Of a stretch of 64,000 nt of DNA, positions 1 through 8,862 are shown piece by piece. This DNA is from an uncultured Candidatus Saccharibacteria bacterium. GTDB lineage: Bacteria > Patescibacteriota > Minisyncoccia > Phycocordibacterales > Zambryskibacteraceae. The position numbers and the translations under genes were made by a program. Each line of letters opens with the position of its first letter. Position 1 is the first letter of the stretch. The notes under the pieces are model-generated. The model was given only the letters and a program-made list of their open reading frames with translations, was not told where the DNA came from and did no database searches. The stretch lies in assembly GCA_964582295.1 (NCBI GenBank), contig CAZOQP010000002.1:8563-72562 (forward strand), written 5' to 3'.

Positions 1-152
1 AAGGCGGGCAGGCATCTGATGCGTGGTGGAGAATGGTCAATAACAAGATGACGGAAGAGGAGAAAAAACAAACTGCCGAAGATCTAAAAACTTATTGCGG
101 CTTGGATACCCTCGCCATGTACGCTGTGTGGAAACGCCTTTACAACCTGTAG
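1..152 (+). CDS. 3' end of an unidentified CDS entering from upstream of the window (last ~50 codons only)
   Basis: Frame is open from the window edge to TAG at 150-152. A short hairpin lies at 146-170. No family is recognisable from the fragment. Confidence 0.3.
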   Translation, partial: GGQASDAWWRMVNNKMTEEEKKQTAEDLKTYCGLDTLAMYAVWKRLYNL

Positions 153-163
153 ACACGGAGTGT

Positions 164-841
164 CTACAAGAGGGAGCGAAGTTGGACTTTGAGAGCTTCC
201 AAAGGAACTGCGCCGCTTAGCGGTATCTTCTGACCCTTTGGGCCGATAATTATAGAGTAGGGAGTGCCTGTACCACCTGCCGCAACTGCACTTTGGTAAT
301 CGCTCTCCACTCGCGCCGCTGTTCTGCCGCTTGTGGTGCATTCAATGAAATCTGTGCGGGAAATTCCGGCAGCTTCCGCCATTGAAGGAAGAAGTGTTAG
401 GTCTAAAGTATCATTTGATTTTGTAGTAGCGTAAAGATTATTGGTCATCTCCCAGAAAGCGTCGTTGCCGCCGAGAAGTGCCGCGCATTCAAGTGCCTCT
501 GCTTCAGTGCGGGCTTTTTTGTGGAGACTATCAAGAGGGAAATGGCGGTAAACCCACCTCACTTTACCGCTGAATTCTTTGTCTGCTGTAATACTTAAAA
601 GAGTGGAGTGAAAAACTTTGCAGAATGGGCATTCTGTATCTGAATATTCAATGATAGTAACGGCGGCATTGGCAGGCCCCACAGTGTGGTCGTTTTCATC
701 AACTGCTTTCACTGTTATCTCTTTAGGTACGGGTATTTTTTCGGCAGAGGTATTTACAGGTGTTTTAGAAAGATACAGGCCGCCTCCGATGAAAGCTCCC
801 GCAACGATTATAGACCCTGCAAGCACTAGTGTGTTTTTCAT
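164..841 (-). CDS. DsbA-like thiol:disulfide oxidoreductase (thioredoxin fold), N-terminal membrane anchor
   Basis: CPFC (CxxC) active-site motif in a thioredoxin-like context (..YSDTECPFCKVFH..). Hydrophobic N-terminus MKNTLVLAGSIIVAGAFIGGGLY. Confidence 0.75.
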   Translation of the reverse strand: MKNTLVLAGSIIVAGAFIGGGLYLSKTPVNTSAEKIPVPKEITVKAVDENDHTVGPANAAVTIIEYSDTECPFCKVFHSTLLSITADKEFSGKVRWVYRHFPLDSLHKKARTEAEALECAALLGGNDAFWEMTNNLYATTKSNDTLDLTLLPSMAEAAGISRTDFIECTTSGRTAARVESDYQSAVAAGGTGTPYSIIIGPKGQKIPLSGAVPLEALKVQLRSLL

Positions 842-893
842 CCCGTGATTATATCACTCTCGCAATATTACTCACAATCGGGATTTTAAAATC

Positions 894-1298
894 TTAAAAA
901 CGAAGACCCGTCACAGTGACGGGTCTTGGGGGAGCGGCTTTTACGGGCCGGAACTCAAAAATGAAGTTTGGTTCAGTGCCGTGGCGCACCAGGTCGTAGA
1001 GCTCGTTCGGCCTTAGGATTTCGGCAACGAAATTCGGAACAATAGCCCTGATGGGGTGTACACCGGCCGAATCACTTCCCAAGGCCTCCATCTTCACTTC
1101 GGTCATCAGACCATCCCAAGGACGGACAGAAATGATGCGATATTTTCCTGGTTCGAGGGTAAGGGTTGGGTATCTTGGTTGGCTCATGAACCATACCATA
1201 GAGATAAGCCACAAAAGACCGAAACCCCCAAGAAATCCAAGAGTCATACGCTTCTGAAAGCGAGTCCCTACAGGAAGAAGATACGGTGGAACGTGCAT
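894..1298 (-). CDS. hypothetical membrane-anchored protein
   Basis: 134-aa ORF with one N-terminal hydrophobic segment (GFLGGFGLLWLISMVWF). No recognisable motif. Confidence 0.4.
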   Translation of the reverse strand: MHVPPYLLPVGTRFQKRMTLGFLGGFGLLWLISMVWFMSQPRYPTLTLEPGKYRIISVRPWDGLMTEVKMEALGSDSAGVHPIRAIVPNFVAEILRPNELYDLVRHGTEPNFIFEFRPVKAAPPRPVTVTGLRF

Positions 1299-1360
1299 AA
1301 AGCTCCTCGTCTTATTTGTGTGAGAAGGGCCTTTCTGACGATACTATGCCACCAAATGCC

Positions 1361-1936
1361 CTAAAAAGGAAGTGAGTGAGTGAGAGCTGAAGCAGGGGCA
1401 TCTTCCCAACCTTCAGTGCTTACTACGAGCTCGCTTATTCCGTCGCCATGAGGTATTTTCACTTTTTTATGTTTTCGCATGTATTCAAAAAGGTCGCGTG
1501 TTATTTCCACATCCTTGAGGCAATATTCCGTTATAAGATCTATCCGGCCTTCCTTCCACCATTTGATAGCATCAAGACCTTGGCCGGATTTTGAAACGCC
1601 AAGAGTTGCAGAAGCCACATCCTGAAGTTTGATGCGTCTGCCGAGCGAGGCGCTTATGGATTTCATAAGGTCAATACTCCTTATTTTCGTGATGTCTCCA
1701 GGATAATATCTGTTCAAAAGCGGAATATCAAAGTGATCGGAATTGTAGCCCACCAAAGAATCCGCCTTTTCAAAATAGGGCCACATATCTTTGAACTGAT
1801 GCTCCTCAAACGCCCTAAGGGTTTTGGTGGCAGTGTCGTAAATACCTACTATGGAGATGTCTAAAAGAGCCGGGTCGTTTGAGCCGACATCAAAAAATGT
1901 GTTCTTGGTTTCTATATCAAAAATTAACGGAGCCAT
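1361..1936 (-). CDS. 3'-5' exonuclease, DEDD (DnaQ-like/RNase T-like) superfamily
   Basis: Exo I motif (F)DIET directly after MAPLIFDIETKN, plus a YNSDHFDIPLL Exo II-like motif. The ORF track extends to 2116, but that stretch overlaps the upstream gene and precedes the conserved N-terminus, so I place the start at the MAPLIF Met (1936). Confidence 0.6.
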   Translation of the reverse strand: MAPLIFDIETKNTFFDVGSNDPALLDISIVGIYDTATKTLRAFEEHQFKDMWPYFEKADSLVGYNSDHFDIPLLNRYYPGDITKIRSIDLMKSISASLGRRIKLQDVASATLGVSKSGQGLDAIKWWKEGRIDLITEYCLKDVEITRDLFEYMRKHKKVKIPHGDGISELVVSTEGWEDAPASALTHSLPF

Positions 1937-2042
1937 TGCGCAATATTGGTGGAGAGCTCTTTCATGGCTTTGTATTGTAGCAGAAAATGAAAAGGAGCCG
2001 AACGACAATTGTCGTTCGGCTCCCGGTTGAGCAAGAGCCTTT

Positions 2043-2669
2043 CTACAGAAGACCCTTTTTTCTGTTGAACTCCAGAACCCTCTGGAGTTCAACTTTTGGA
2101 GTGCGTGGGTCCTCATCCTGTGTAAACATATCCATGTAGCGCAAGGCGATGGCAGGGTTTCCGCACAAGGTACGGATAACCTGGCGCACAGTCACGTGGT
2201 GGTACCACGGACTTCTGACCTCTTCCATCTGTCGAAGGAGTTTTCCCGCGTCTGTCCAGCGCGGAATTCCCAGGATCTCATCTCCATCCGCTTGTTTCTC
2301 AACTTTAATACAGTCGCGAAGCTTTCCTTGGATCGATACCGACGATGCAAGGAAAGTTTCCTGGAGATGCAAACCTTCCGGATCGTCTTTATCCTTCTTA
2401 CCGACAGGATTGATTGGTGTGTCGAGGAAAAAAGAGATAGAGAACGGCTCCGACTCCTTTGCGAATTCCCCGATCAGGCGACGGATCGTAGCAGACATTT
2501 TTTCGTCTGACTCCCCAGTTTCCATCGGTAAACGCACTGTGGTCCTCTCGTTCTTCGTGTAGTCGAAATTGAGTATCTCGACTTCTCCATCACCTTGTAT
2601 CCGGAGCGGAGCTGCGCAAAGCGCAAAACTAACGAGGGGTTTGATGAGGGTTTGCACGGGAACCTCCAA
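2043..2669 (-). CDS. hypothetical protein (208 aa), co-transcribed with the downstream DEDD exonuclease
   Basis: Intact ORF lying between a consensus sigma70-like promoter and the exonuclease gene. Contains an HHVTV (HxTx-like) segment, but a 2H-phosphoesterase assignment is not supportable by eye. Confidence 0.45.
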   Translation of the reverse strand: MEVPVQTLIKPLVSFALCAAPLRIQGDGEVEILNFDYTKNERTTVRLPMETGESDEKMSATIRRLIGEFAKESEPFSISFFLDTPINPVGKKDKDDPEGLHLQETFLASSVSIQGKLRDCIKVEKQADGDEILGIPRWTDAGKLLRQMEEVRSPWYHHVTVRQVIRTLCGNPAIALRYMDMFTQDEDPRTPKVELQRVLEFNRKKGLL

Positions 2670-2719
2670 AATGTGAAAGAGCTAGAGGGTCGCGTGTTTG
2701 CGAAATCCCTTTGTTTTCT

Positions 2720-2747
2720 ATTATAGCATTTATAGTATAAAAGTCAA
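2720..2747 (-). promoter_or_regulatory. sigma70-type promoter for the 2669-1361 operon (TTGACT, 16-nt spacer, TATAAT)
   Basis: Minus-strand reading is gtacTTGACTtttatactataaatgcTATAATagaaa. The -35 is the reverse complement of agtcaa at 2742-2747 and the -10 is the reverse complement of attata at 2720-2725. Confidence 0.45.
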
Positions 2748-2799
2748 GTACTTTTTACATATCAAAAATAACGCCTAAACAGAGCCGTTTTTGGGTGCC

Positions 2800-4587
2800 T
2801 TATCTCTCGGCTTTTGAGCGGCCTTGCTGAGAGAGGATTTTTTTGCGAAGTCGCACGGATTTCGGAGTAACTTCCATATATTCGTCGTCCTGCATTATTT
2901 CCATCACGCGTTCTATTGAAAGTTTCCATGCTGGCGCTAAAAATATTCCTTCGTCGGAGCCCGAAGCGCGCATGTTGGTCAATTGTTTTCCTTTTGTCGG
3001 GTTCACATACAAGTCTTCGCCTTTTGAAGTGTTGCCGATAACCTGACCTTCATAAACTTCGTCCGATGGTTCCATATACAAAGTTCCTCTCTGCTGAAGA
3101 TTGTCCAAAGAGAAAGCCAAGCACTTGCCGGGCATCATGGATATCATGGCGCCGACCGCCTGACGCTTTATTTCTCCGGCGTAGGCGCGGAATTCAATGA
3201 AGCGGGATGAAAGAATACCGAGGCCTTTGGTGTCTATGATGAATTGGCCGCGAAAACCAAGAAGTCCGCGCGTAGGCATTTCAAATGTGAGGCGTTCCGT
3301 GGTGCCGCCGTGTTCACTTTTTACATTCATAAGAGAGCCGCGCCTTTCTGTCAGTTTGCCGATTATGGTTCCAGACATTTCTTTTGGCACATCTATAACT
3401 ACTTCTTCAAAAGGTTCGAATTTTACTCCGTCACGCTCCTCGGTGATAACTTCCGGTTCCGAGACCTGCAATTCAAAACCCTCGCGGCGCATATTTTCAA
3501 GAAGGATGCCGATGTGAAGTTCTCCGCGACCAGAAACTTTAAAACGGTCGTTCTCTGAAAAATCCACCTTGAGCCCCACGTTTACCTCTAGCTCTTTTTC
3601 AAGTCGATCGCGTATCTGGCGGGAGGTTACAAACTTTCCTTCACGGCCGCCGAAAGGGGAATCGTTCACCAAAAAGAAAAGGGAAATGGTCGGCTCATCT
3701 ATTTTAATGGCAGGCAATTGAGCCGCATTCTCATCAGTGGAAATGCTTTCGCCGATGAAGATGTCTGGAATGCCGGCTATCATCACGATGTCGCCTTCGC
3801 CTGCGTCATTTGTTTCCAGCCGAGAGATGCCTTCAAATGTGAAAAGCTTGGTAATCTTTCCTTTACGGGTAACACCTTCCGGGTTTTTCACGAAAACATC
3901 CTGACCGGTCCTGAATATTCCTTTATGAATGCGGCAGATGGCCATGCGCCCCAGGAAATTGTCATAAGCCAGGTTGAACGGCTGAGCAATGCCCGCTTCC
4001 GTATTTTCTTTTCCGCCAGAGGGTTTTACTTCTTCAATAATAGTATCTAAAAGGGGAGTGAGGTCGTTTGAAGTGTCTTCCATTTTTCTTTTTGCCCAAC
4101 CTTCGCGCCCAACTGCAAAAAGAGTAGTGAAATTGCACTGATCGTCTGTGGCTCCAAGTTCCAGGAAAAGCTCCAACACTTCGTTCTCCACATCTTTTAT
4201 GCGGGCCGCCGGCTTGTCTATTTTATTTATGATGACTATCGGCTTGAGGCCGAGCTCAAGGGATTTTTTCAGTACGAAGCGGGTTTGAGGCATGGGGCCT
4301 TCCTGTGCATCAACAACCAAAAGCACAGTGTCTACCGCACGAAGCACGCGTTCCACTTCAGATCCGAAATCCTGGTGGCCCGGAGTATCTACGATGTTTA
4401 TTTTCGTGTCTTTGTAGCGGATGGAGCAGTTTTTGGAATAAATAGTAATACCGCGCTCTTTTTCTAGGGCGTTTGAGTCCATGGATGTGCCCTCGGCGAC
4501 AGCCCCCGTTTGCTTCAAAATAGCATCGGTAAGGGTGGTCTTTCCGTGGTCCACGTGCGCGATAATTGCAATATTTCTTATTTCCAT
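2800..4587 (-). CDS. typA: translational GTPase TypA/BipA
   Basis: G1 motif [15 protein letters not shown] and NKID motifs; ~596 aa with EF-G-like domain order. Start placed at [18 protein letters not shown] rather than the upstream extension of the ORF track. Confidence 0.9.
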   Translation of the reverse strand: MEIRNIAIIAHVDHGKTTLTDAILKQTGAVAEGTSMDSNALEKERGITIYSKNCSIRYKDTKINIVDTPGHQDFGSEVERVLRAVDTVLLVVDAQEGPMPQTRFVLKKSLELGLKPIVIINKIDKPAARIKDVENEVLELFLELGATDDQCNFTTLFAVGREGWAKRKMEDTSNDLTPLLDTIIEEVKPSGGKENTEAGIAQPFNLAYDNFLGRMAICRIHKGIFRTGQDVFVKNPEGVTRKGKITKLFTFEGISRLETNDAGEGDIVMIAGIPDIFIGESISTDENAAQLPAIKIDEPTISLFFLVNDSPFGGREGKFVTSRQIRDRLEKELEVNVGLKVDFSENDRFKVSGRGELHIGILLENMRREGFELQVSEPEVITEERDGVKFEPFEEVVIDVPKEMSGTIIGKLTERRGSLMNVKSEHGGTTERLTFEMPTRGLLGFRGQFIIDTKGLGILSSRFIEFRAYAGEIKRQAVGAMISMMPGKCLAFSLDNLQQRGTLYMEPSDEVYEGQVIGNTSKGEDLYVNPTKGKQLTNMRASGSDEGIFLAPAWKLSIERVMEIMQDDEYMEVTPKSVRLRKKILSQQGRSKAER

Positions 4588-4640
4588 AAAAGCGGCGCGC
4601 CCTAAAGCGCGCGAGTCAAGCCGACATACTAACACAAAAA

Positions 4641-4669
4641 TTGTCACCAAGGCAAGTGTGCGGTAAAAT
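4641..4669 (+). promoter_or_regulatory. sigma70-type promoter (TTGTCA, 17-nt spacer, TAAAAT) with the -10 ending 6 nt before the ATG at 4676, implying a leaderless or near-leaderless mRNA
   Basis: ttgtca at 4641-4646 and taaaat at 4664-4669. No room for a Shine-Dalgarno between the -10 and the start codon. Confidence 0.35.
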
Positions 4670-4675
4670 GAATGT

Positions 4676-4906
4676 ATGCCAACAGGAGATATTCTCACCA
4701 TTCCCAATGTTCCAGCCGAGATTATATCTGGAGGGCTGACAGGTTTCTTTATTTTATTTCTGGTTGGATATGCCGTAGTGGCAGCGGTTCTGGTTTACCA
4801 CTGGCAAAAATATGGAGGTAGGACTAGGAGGATATTCATAGTGGAGACTTTATTCATTACCGTCTCCGTTCTTTTCTCCGCTATCGCATTTTTCGCCATA
4901 CCATAA
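4676..4906 (+). CDS. small membrane protein (76 aa, two predicted TM helices)
   Basis: Hydrophobic segments GGLTGFFILFLVGYAVVAAVLV and LFITVSVLFSAIAFFAI. Promoter directly upstream. Confidence 0.4.
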   Translation: MPTGDILTIPNVPAEIISGGLTGFFILFLVGYAVVAAVLVYHWQKYGGRTRRIFIVETLFITVSVLFSAIAFFAIP

Positions 4907-4916
4907 AAGCCAAAAC

Positions 4917-5456
4917 ATGCTCAATCTTGATCCAAATGAAACGATAGTTCTCGAGGTGCATAGGCACTGGTATGTCCTCATGCCGCGCATGTGCCTCGTA
5001 TTTTTCCTTGCTATCGCTCCGGCTATCTTTTCGTCCGTCCTATCCGCGACAACTCCCGTCCATATCTCGGAGCTTCTTTTCTCAAGCAGTACTTTCATTT
5101 ACATGCTCTGGCTGTTGCTTCTCTGGATATCATTCTTCATTACCTGGACCAACTATTATCTTGATGTCTGGTTCGTAACCGAAAAACGCATAATATCTAT
5201 TGATCAGGTTAGTATTTTTCACCGCAGGATCTCGAACTTGCGTTTCGACAAGATCCAGGACGTTTCCATAGAGATGAAGGGCGTCATGCAGACCATGCTC
5301 AAATTCGGAGATATTCACATCAGGACAGCGGGTGATGCCAGTGAGAATTTCTTTTTCAAAAACGCGGAAAATCCAGATGATGTGAGACGTATAATCTTTG
5401 AACATCATGCTGATGCTCTAGATAATACCCGCTCTTCAACCGTTCGCACAGAATAA
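4917..5456 (+). CDS. membrane protein with bacterial PH-like domain (YdbT/DUF304-like)
   Basis: N-terminal MLNLDPNETIVLEVHRHWYVL followed by two TM segments and a C-terminal soluble domain (...FGDIHIRTAG...); pattern typical of bPH_2 proteins. Confidence 0.5.
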   Translation: MLNLDPNETIVLEVHRHWYVLMPRMCLVFFLAIAPAIFSSVLSATTPVHISELLFSSSTFIYMLWLLLLWISFFITWTNYYLDVWFVTEKRIISIDQVSIFHRRISNLRFDKIQDVSIEMKGVMQTMLKFGDIHIRTAGDASENFFFKNAENPDDVRRIIFEHHADALDNTRSSTVRTE

Positions 5457-5474
5457 ACCTGTGCATTTTCCAAA

Positions 5475-6092
5475 ATGTTATTGATTGATAAACCAAAAGG
5501 CATGACGTCTTACGATGTCATACGTGTTCTCAAGAAAAAATATCCGGGACAAAAAATAGGCCACGCCGGAACTCTTGATCCGAACGCTACAGGGCTTCTC
5601 ATTGTTGCAGTGGGGAAGGAGACGAAAGAGCTTACGAAACTTTTGAAGCTTGATAAAGAATATGACGCGGTTATAGAACTGGGAGTAAAAACAGATACGG
5701 GGGACTGCGACGGAAAAATAATCGCCACTGCACCTGTTCCAAAATTAACAATGGATGTGGTGTTGGGGGCCGCGCAAGCTCTAGTGGGGTCTTATGAACA
5801 TGTTGTCCCCATCTTTTCCGCAATTAAGCAGGGAGGGGAGCCGCTGTACAAAAAAGCCAGAAGGGGAGATAATGTAGTGGCGCCGAGGCGAGTGATGAAA
5901 GTTTTCTCGGCAACGCCCGTCGTACTTGATACCCCATGTGTAACGATACGCTTCTCGGTTGCAAGCGGAACGTACATAAGGAGTCTCGCCGAAACATTCG
6001 GTGAGAAGCTCGGAACTTTAGCAACCGTACGAGATCTGCGACGCACCCAAATAGGGGGTTTTCGCGTCACAGAGGCTCAAAATATTCTTTGA
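5475..6092 (+). CDS. truB: tRNA pseudouridine(55) synthase TruB
   Basis: GLLLIDKPKGMTS...GHAGTLDPNATGLL catalytic-Asp motif (205 aa, minimal TruB). Confidence 0.85.
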   Translation: MLLIDKPKGMTSYDVIRVLKKKYPGQKIGHAGTLDPNATGLLIVAVGKETKELTKLLKLDKEYDAVIELGVKTDTGDCDGKIIATAPVPKLTMDVVLGAAQALVGSYEHVVPIFSAIKQGGEPLYKKARRGDNVVAPRRVMKVFSATPVVLDTPCVTIRFSVASGTYIRSLAETFGEKLGTLATVRDLRRTQIGGFRVTEAQNIL

Positions 6093-6214
6093 AAACCGTT
6101 CGATGGTGCTTAAGGCACACCTGACTCTCCGGAGGAAGGTGTGCTTCTGTGTCTCACAAGTTTCCCTGGTCATCTTAATTTTTAGTGTAAGAAAACCCCC
6201 TAACCCACGTCTAT

Positions 6215-6742
6215 ATGCCAAGAAGCAGCGAAGAAAATAACTTTTTAGCCTCCTACGACGCCTACTCGGACGCTATTTTCCGCTTTTGCTATTTCAAAAC
6301 CAGGGAGTATGAACTTGCGAGAGATTTGACCCAGGATACCTTTATGAAGGCCTGGGACTATATCTCCAAAGATAAGGTAGTGGCCAATATGCGGGCATTT
6401 CTTTACCGCATTGCCACCAACCTTGTGATCGACTGGTATCGCAAAGGCAAAACAGAATCTCTTGAGGATCTTGCCGAAACCGGCTTTGATCCGGCCGACC
6501 CGTGCATCAATCAAGCCGACCAGGCGGAAATATCCTGGGCAATGAAGCTTCTTCACAAGCTTCCAGAAGAAGAGCAGACCCTTATCACGCTTCGATACGT
6601 GGAGGGTCTTTCCCCGCGCGAGATCGCAGAGCAGATAGGTGACATCAAAGAAAACGTAGTTTCCGTGCGAATTCACCGTGCCATGAAAAAATTAAAAACC
6701 CTCATTAGCGAAGGAACAAACAACACGCAATATAGCCCATGA
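6215..6742 (+). CDS. RNA polymerase sigma factor, ECF (sigma-70 group 4) family
   Basis: Region 2 (..DTFMKAWDYI...FLYRIATNLVIDWYRK) and region 4 HTH (..LRYVEGLSPREIAEQIGDIKENVVSVRIHRAMKKLK). Confidence 0.8.
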   Translation: MPRSSEENNFLASYDAYSDAIFRFCYFKTREYELARDLTQDTFMKAWDYISKDKVVANMRAFLYRIATNLVIDWYRKGKTESLEDLAETGFDPADPCINQADQAEISWAMKLLHKLPEEEQTLITLRYVEGLSPREIAEQIGDIKENVVSVRIHRAMKKLKTLISEGTNNTQYSP

Positions 6743-6939
6743 ACATAAACACACAAACGCAAACAAACGAAAAAATAGACTCGTACTTTAGAACCCTTCA
6801 GGGGGTTTCTTTTTTATGTAACGATAAAGCGAATGTTCGCAATCGTCTTATCGCAGAGATGCAGATAAATGCACGTAGAGAAGAAGCTTCTTATTTTCCA
6901 GTGCTCAATTTCCTATTTAAGTTTCTTCATAACAAATAG
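6739..6939 (+). CDS. hypothetical small protein translationally coupled to the ECF sigma factor (possible cognate regulator)
   Basis: ATGA start/stop overlap with the sigma gene. 66 aa, not hydrophobic, no recognisable anti-sigma motif. Confidence 0.3.
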   Translation: MNINTQTQTNEKIDSYFRTLQGVSFLCNDKANVRNRLIAEMQINARREEASYFPVLNFLFKFLHNK

Positions 6940-6947
6940 TAAATAAC

Positions 6948-6976
6948 AAAACCCCCAGGATTATCCTGGGGGTTTT
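6948..6976. terminator. bidirectional intrinsic terminator hairpin between convergent genes
   Basis: aaaacccccagga-ttat-cctgggggtttt: perfect 13-bp stem flanked by an A-run and a T-run. Confidence 0.6.
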
Positions 6977-6981
6977 GTTAT

Positions 6982-7143
6982 TTATTCCTGCCGCGCTTCC
7001 TCCCTTGCGTGCTCCGTGTCATTCTTTGCGTCGTCGGCTTCTTTGCGTGCTGCCTCGGCCTCATCTTCTTTCTCGTCCGCTATCACTTCGCGCGCCGCTT
7101 GTATATCTTCTGTGGCCTCCTCTATATTATCTTTGTCTGCCAT
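6982..7143 (-). CDS. unannotated small highly acidic protein (53 aa, predicted helical)
   Basis: ATG at 7143 with GAGGAAG about 11 nt upstream; stop TAA at 6984-6982. Translation: MADKDNIEEATEDIQAAREVIADEKEDEAEAARKEADDAKNDTEHAREEARQE. Shorter than the 60-aa cutoff of the ORF track. The plus-strand ORFs listed here are antisense and low-complexity. Confidence 0.3.
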   Translation of the reverse strand: MADKDNIEEATEDIQAAREVIADEKEDEAEAARKEADDAKNDTEHAREEARQE

Positions 7144-7146
7144 TGT

Positions 7147-7323
7147 TACATTCTTCCTCTTGAGCGGCCGCTCATGCTGCTGTTGCGGCTTGAGCTTGCT
7201 CGTGAGGATGATGAAGAACCTTGACTGCGGGAGGAGCTTCGGCGCCCGTTCCTAGTTGAGGAGGCATTTTTCTTGTTAGTTTTTGAGCGGCTGTCATTGG
7301 AGCTGTTTCTGTTTGATGCCATG
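7147..7323 (-). CDS. unannotated small basic Ser/Arg-rich protein (58 aa), tandem with the acidic protein
   Basis: ATG at 7323, stop at 7149-7147. Translation: MASNRNSSNDSRSKTNKKNASSTRNGRRSSSRSQGSSSSSRASSSRNSSMSGRSRGRM. Weak ribosome-binding site; low-complexity, so a real gene is uncertain. Confidence 0.25.
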
Positions 7324-7410
7324 TGTATTTTTGTACTTTGTTAGCTTATAACTTTCCGCGAATATTGTTTGAGACGATTTCGTTATTTGTTTCTTACAGC
7401 TCTGCAACAC

Positions 7411-8043
7411 TTACACCTCTTCATCAACTCCTACGAATTCCGTAAACACCACTATTCTTTCGTCGTACATTCTTTGTGCCGGCATCCAGTCTCCGGTGCA
7501 AGTAATGAGATTCAGATGCGTTCCGTCTGACGAGAATACTTCTGCAGGTGCATCCTCGTAATCGTAACTTTTCTTTTTGGTTACCTTGAATTGAAAGACC
7601 GTGCCGTCTTCATCCACTATCTTCACAATGTCTCCCTCCACGAGTTTTTCCAGGTCATAGAAGACCGCCCGGGGTGTATTCCTGCCGTCCAGGTGCCCCG
7701 CTAAGACGGCGCTACCTTGTTCTCCGGGTCTCGGCCCCTCTTTGTACCAGGCGACATCCGTGTAGTTGGTTGGTATTCCCATATCTCCGTCCGCGGTGAG
7801 GCCCACATGCTGTACTTTTGTGTCCACTCCTATTTTAGGAATGATGAGCCGGGCGGGGAGGCCGGGCTTCTCTTCGGGATCTATATAACGAGAAGCGAGG
7901 GGCGCTTGAGGCCCCTCGCTTGTCGTTGTGATCTCGCTCCAGCGTGCCTGAAGGATTATGCTTCCTCCGACAGCTGCTACACCGATTACCCCAAGGATGA
8001 GAAGCCGCGCCCAGGATGACTTCACTCTTGAGTATTTTATCAT
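7411..8043 (-). CDS. sortase family transpeptidase
   Basis: N-terminal TM anchor and the catalytic LITCTG (TLxTC) motif near the C-terminus. His in the LAGH context. 210 aa. Confidence 0.8.
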   Translation of the reverse strand: MIKYSRVKSSWARLLILGVIGVAAVGGSIILQARWSEITTTSEGPQAPLASRYIDPEEKPGLPARLIIPKIGVDTKVQHVGLTADGDMGIPTNYTDVAWYKEGPRPGEQGSAVLAGHLDGRNTPRAVFYDLEKLVEGDIVKIVDEDGTVFQFKVTKKKSYDYEDAPAEVFSSDGTHLNLITCTGDWMPAQRMYDERIVVFTEFVGVDEEV

Positions 8044-8076
8044 CGGTTTAGGTCATTGATCGTTCTTTCAACTTTT

Positions 8077-8691
8077 CTATTGTGCTGATGCTCCGCCTCC
8101 AGTGTTTGGAAGACCTGGGATATTTACTACGTTGCCGACGACATTAATCGTACAGCTTGCCGATTCAGAGCCGCTCGTAACTGTGATCATACGGGTTCCT
8201 CCTGACGGGTAGCTTACATTGAAGCTTGTGCCTGTCGGGTTGATGACGACCAAGTTCTGGCCGGACCATGTGTAGAAGCCGTTACCGCCTGATGCGGAGA
8301 AGGTCACTGACTGACCAGCGTTGGCTGTCTGAACAGAAGGGCTGCAGGCTAGAGTGCCTGTGTTGGTGCCTGTGCCTGTCACCACGATGTTACAGGTGGC
8401 TGATTGGGTGCCACTAGCTACAGTGATGGTGTAGTTGCCGGCAGTGGAGTAGCTTACGTTAAGCACTCCGCCGCTAACACTCGACACATTGCCGCCGGGA
8501 GCTGCAAATGTGAATGAGCCGGTGCCGCCTGTGGCGACGATAGTTGCCGTCTGGCCGACGCTCACGGACTGGCCGGGATTACACGAGAGAACAGGTACTG
8601 TCTGCGCGAAGCTGACCGTTCCCACGCTCAACAGAAGTGCGATGGCAATCATCGCCGCTCCGGTCGTAAGGAATCTCTTTTGAGTTATCAT
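8077..8691 (-). CDS. secreted surface protein with two ~70-aa Cys-containing tandem repeat domains and C-terminal LPNTG sortase motif
   Basis: Signal peptide MITQKRFLTTGAAMIAIALLLSVGTVSFAQ. Two internally homologous Ser/Thr/Gly-rich domains, each with two Cys. C-terminus ...NIPGLPNTGGGASAQ then stop, with no hydrophobic tail. Confidence 0.6.
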   Translation of the reverse strand: MITQKRFLTTGAAMIAIALLLSVGTVSFAQTVPVLSCNPGQSVSVGQTATIVATGGTGSFTFAAPGGNVSSVSGGVLNVSYSTAGNYTITVASGTQSATCNIVVTGTGTNTGTLACSPSVQTANAGQSVTFSASGGNGFYTWSGQNLVVINPTGTSFNVSYPSGGTRMITVTSGSESASCTINVVGNVVNIPGLPNTGGGASAQ

Positions 8692-8815
8692 GATTTTCTT
8701 CTTTAATTTACTTGTAATGATTACGGGTATTGCAGAGTTTACCTCTGTATAACGTATGACGAGGTAACAATTTAAAAATTACGGATGAGAGCATGGGGGA
8801 ACACATTAAAAAAGC

Positions 8816-8852
8816 CCCGTACCAGAGCAAAGCTCGGTACGGGGCTTTTTTA
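8816..8852. terminator. bidirectional intrinsic terminator
   Basis: aaaaaagccccgtacc-agagcaaagctc-ggtacggggctttttt. Confidence 0.55.
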
Positions 8853-8862
8853 ATTCTGTTTA

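Noticed and set aside
84-341. ORF 84-341 (-)
   Set aside because: Same strand as the DsbA-like gene but out of frame and overlapping its 3' end. Ser/Arg-rich translation with no start context.
1937-2116. N-terminal extensions given by the ORF track for the exonuclease (to 2116), typA (to 4707), PBP2 (from 30020), mraZ (from 34826), fmt (to 20142) and the M23 peptidase (to 62927)
   Set aside because: Each extension overlaps the upstream gene in another frame and precedes the conserved N-terminal motif of the family. The M23 case uses a GTG inside gltX. Downstream ATG starts were chosen.
6975-7255. Three overlapping plus-strand ORFs (7009-7224, 6975-7163, 7016-7255) in the ORF track
   Set aside because: Their translations are Leu/Cys/Ser-rich low-complexity strings. 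The opposite strand gives two compact ORFs with start codons and, for the first, a ribosome-binding site. I treat the plus-strand ORFs as antisense artefacts.
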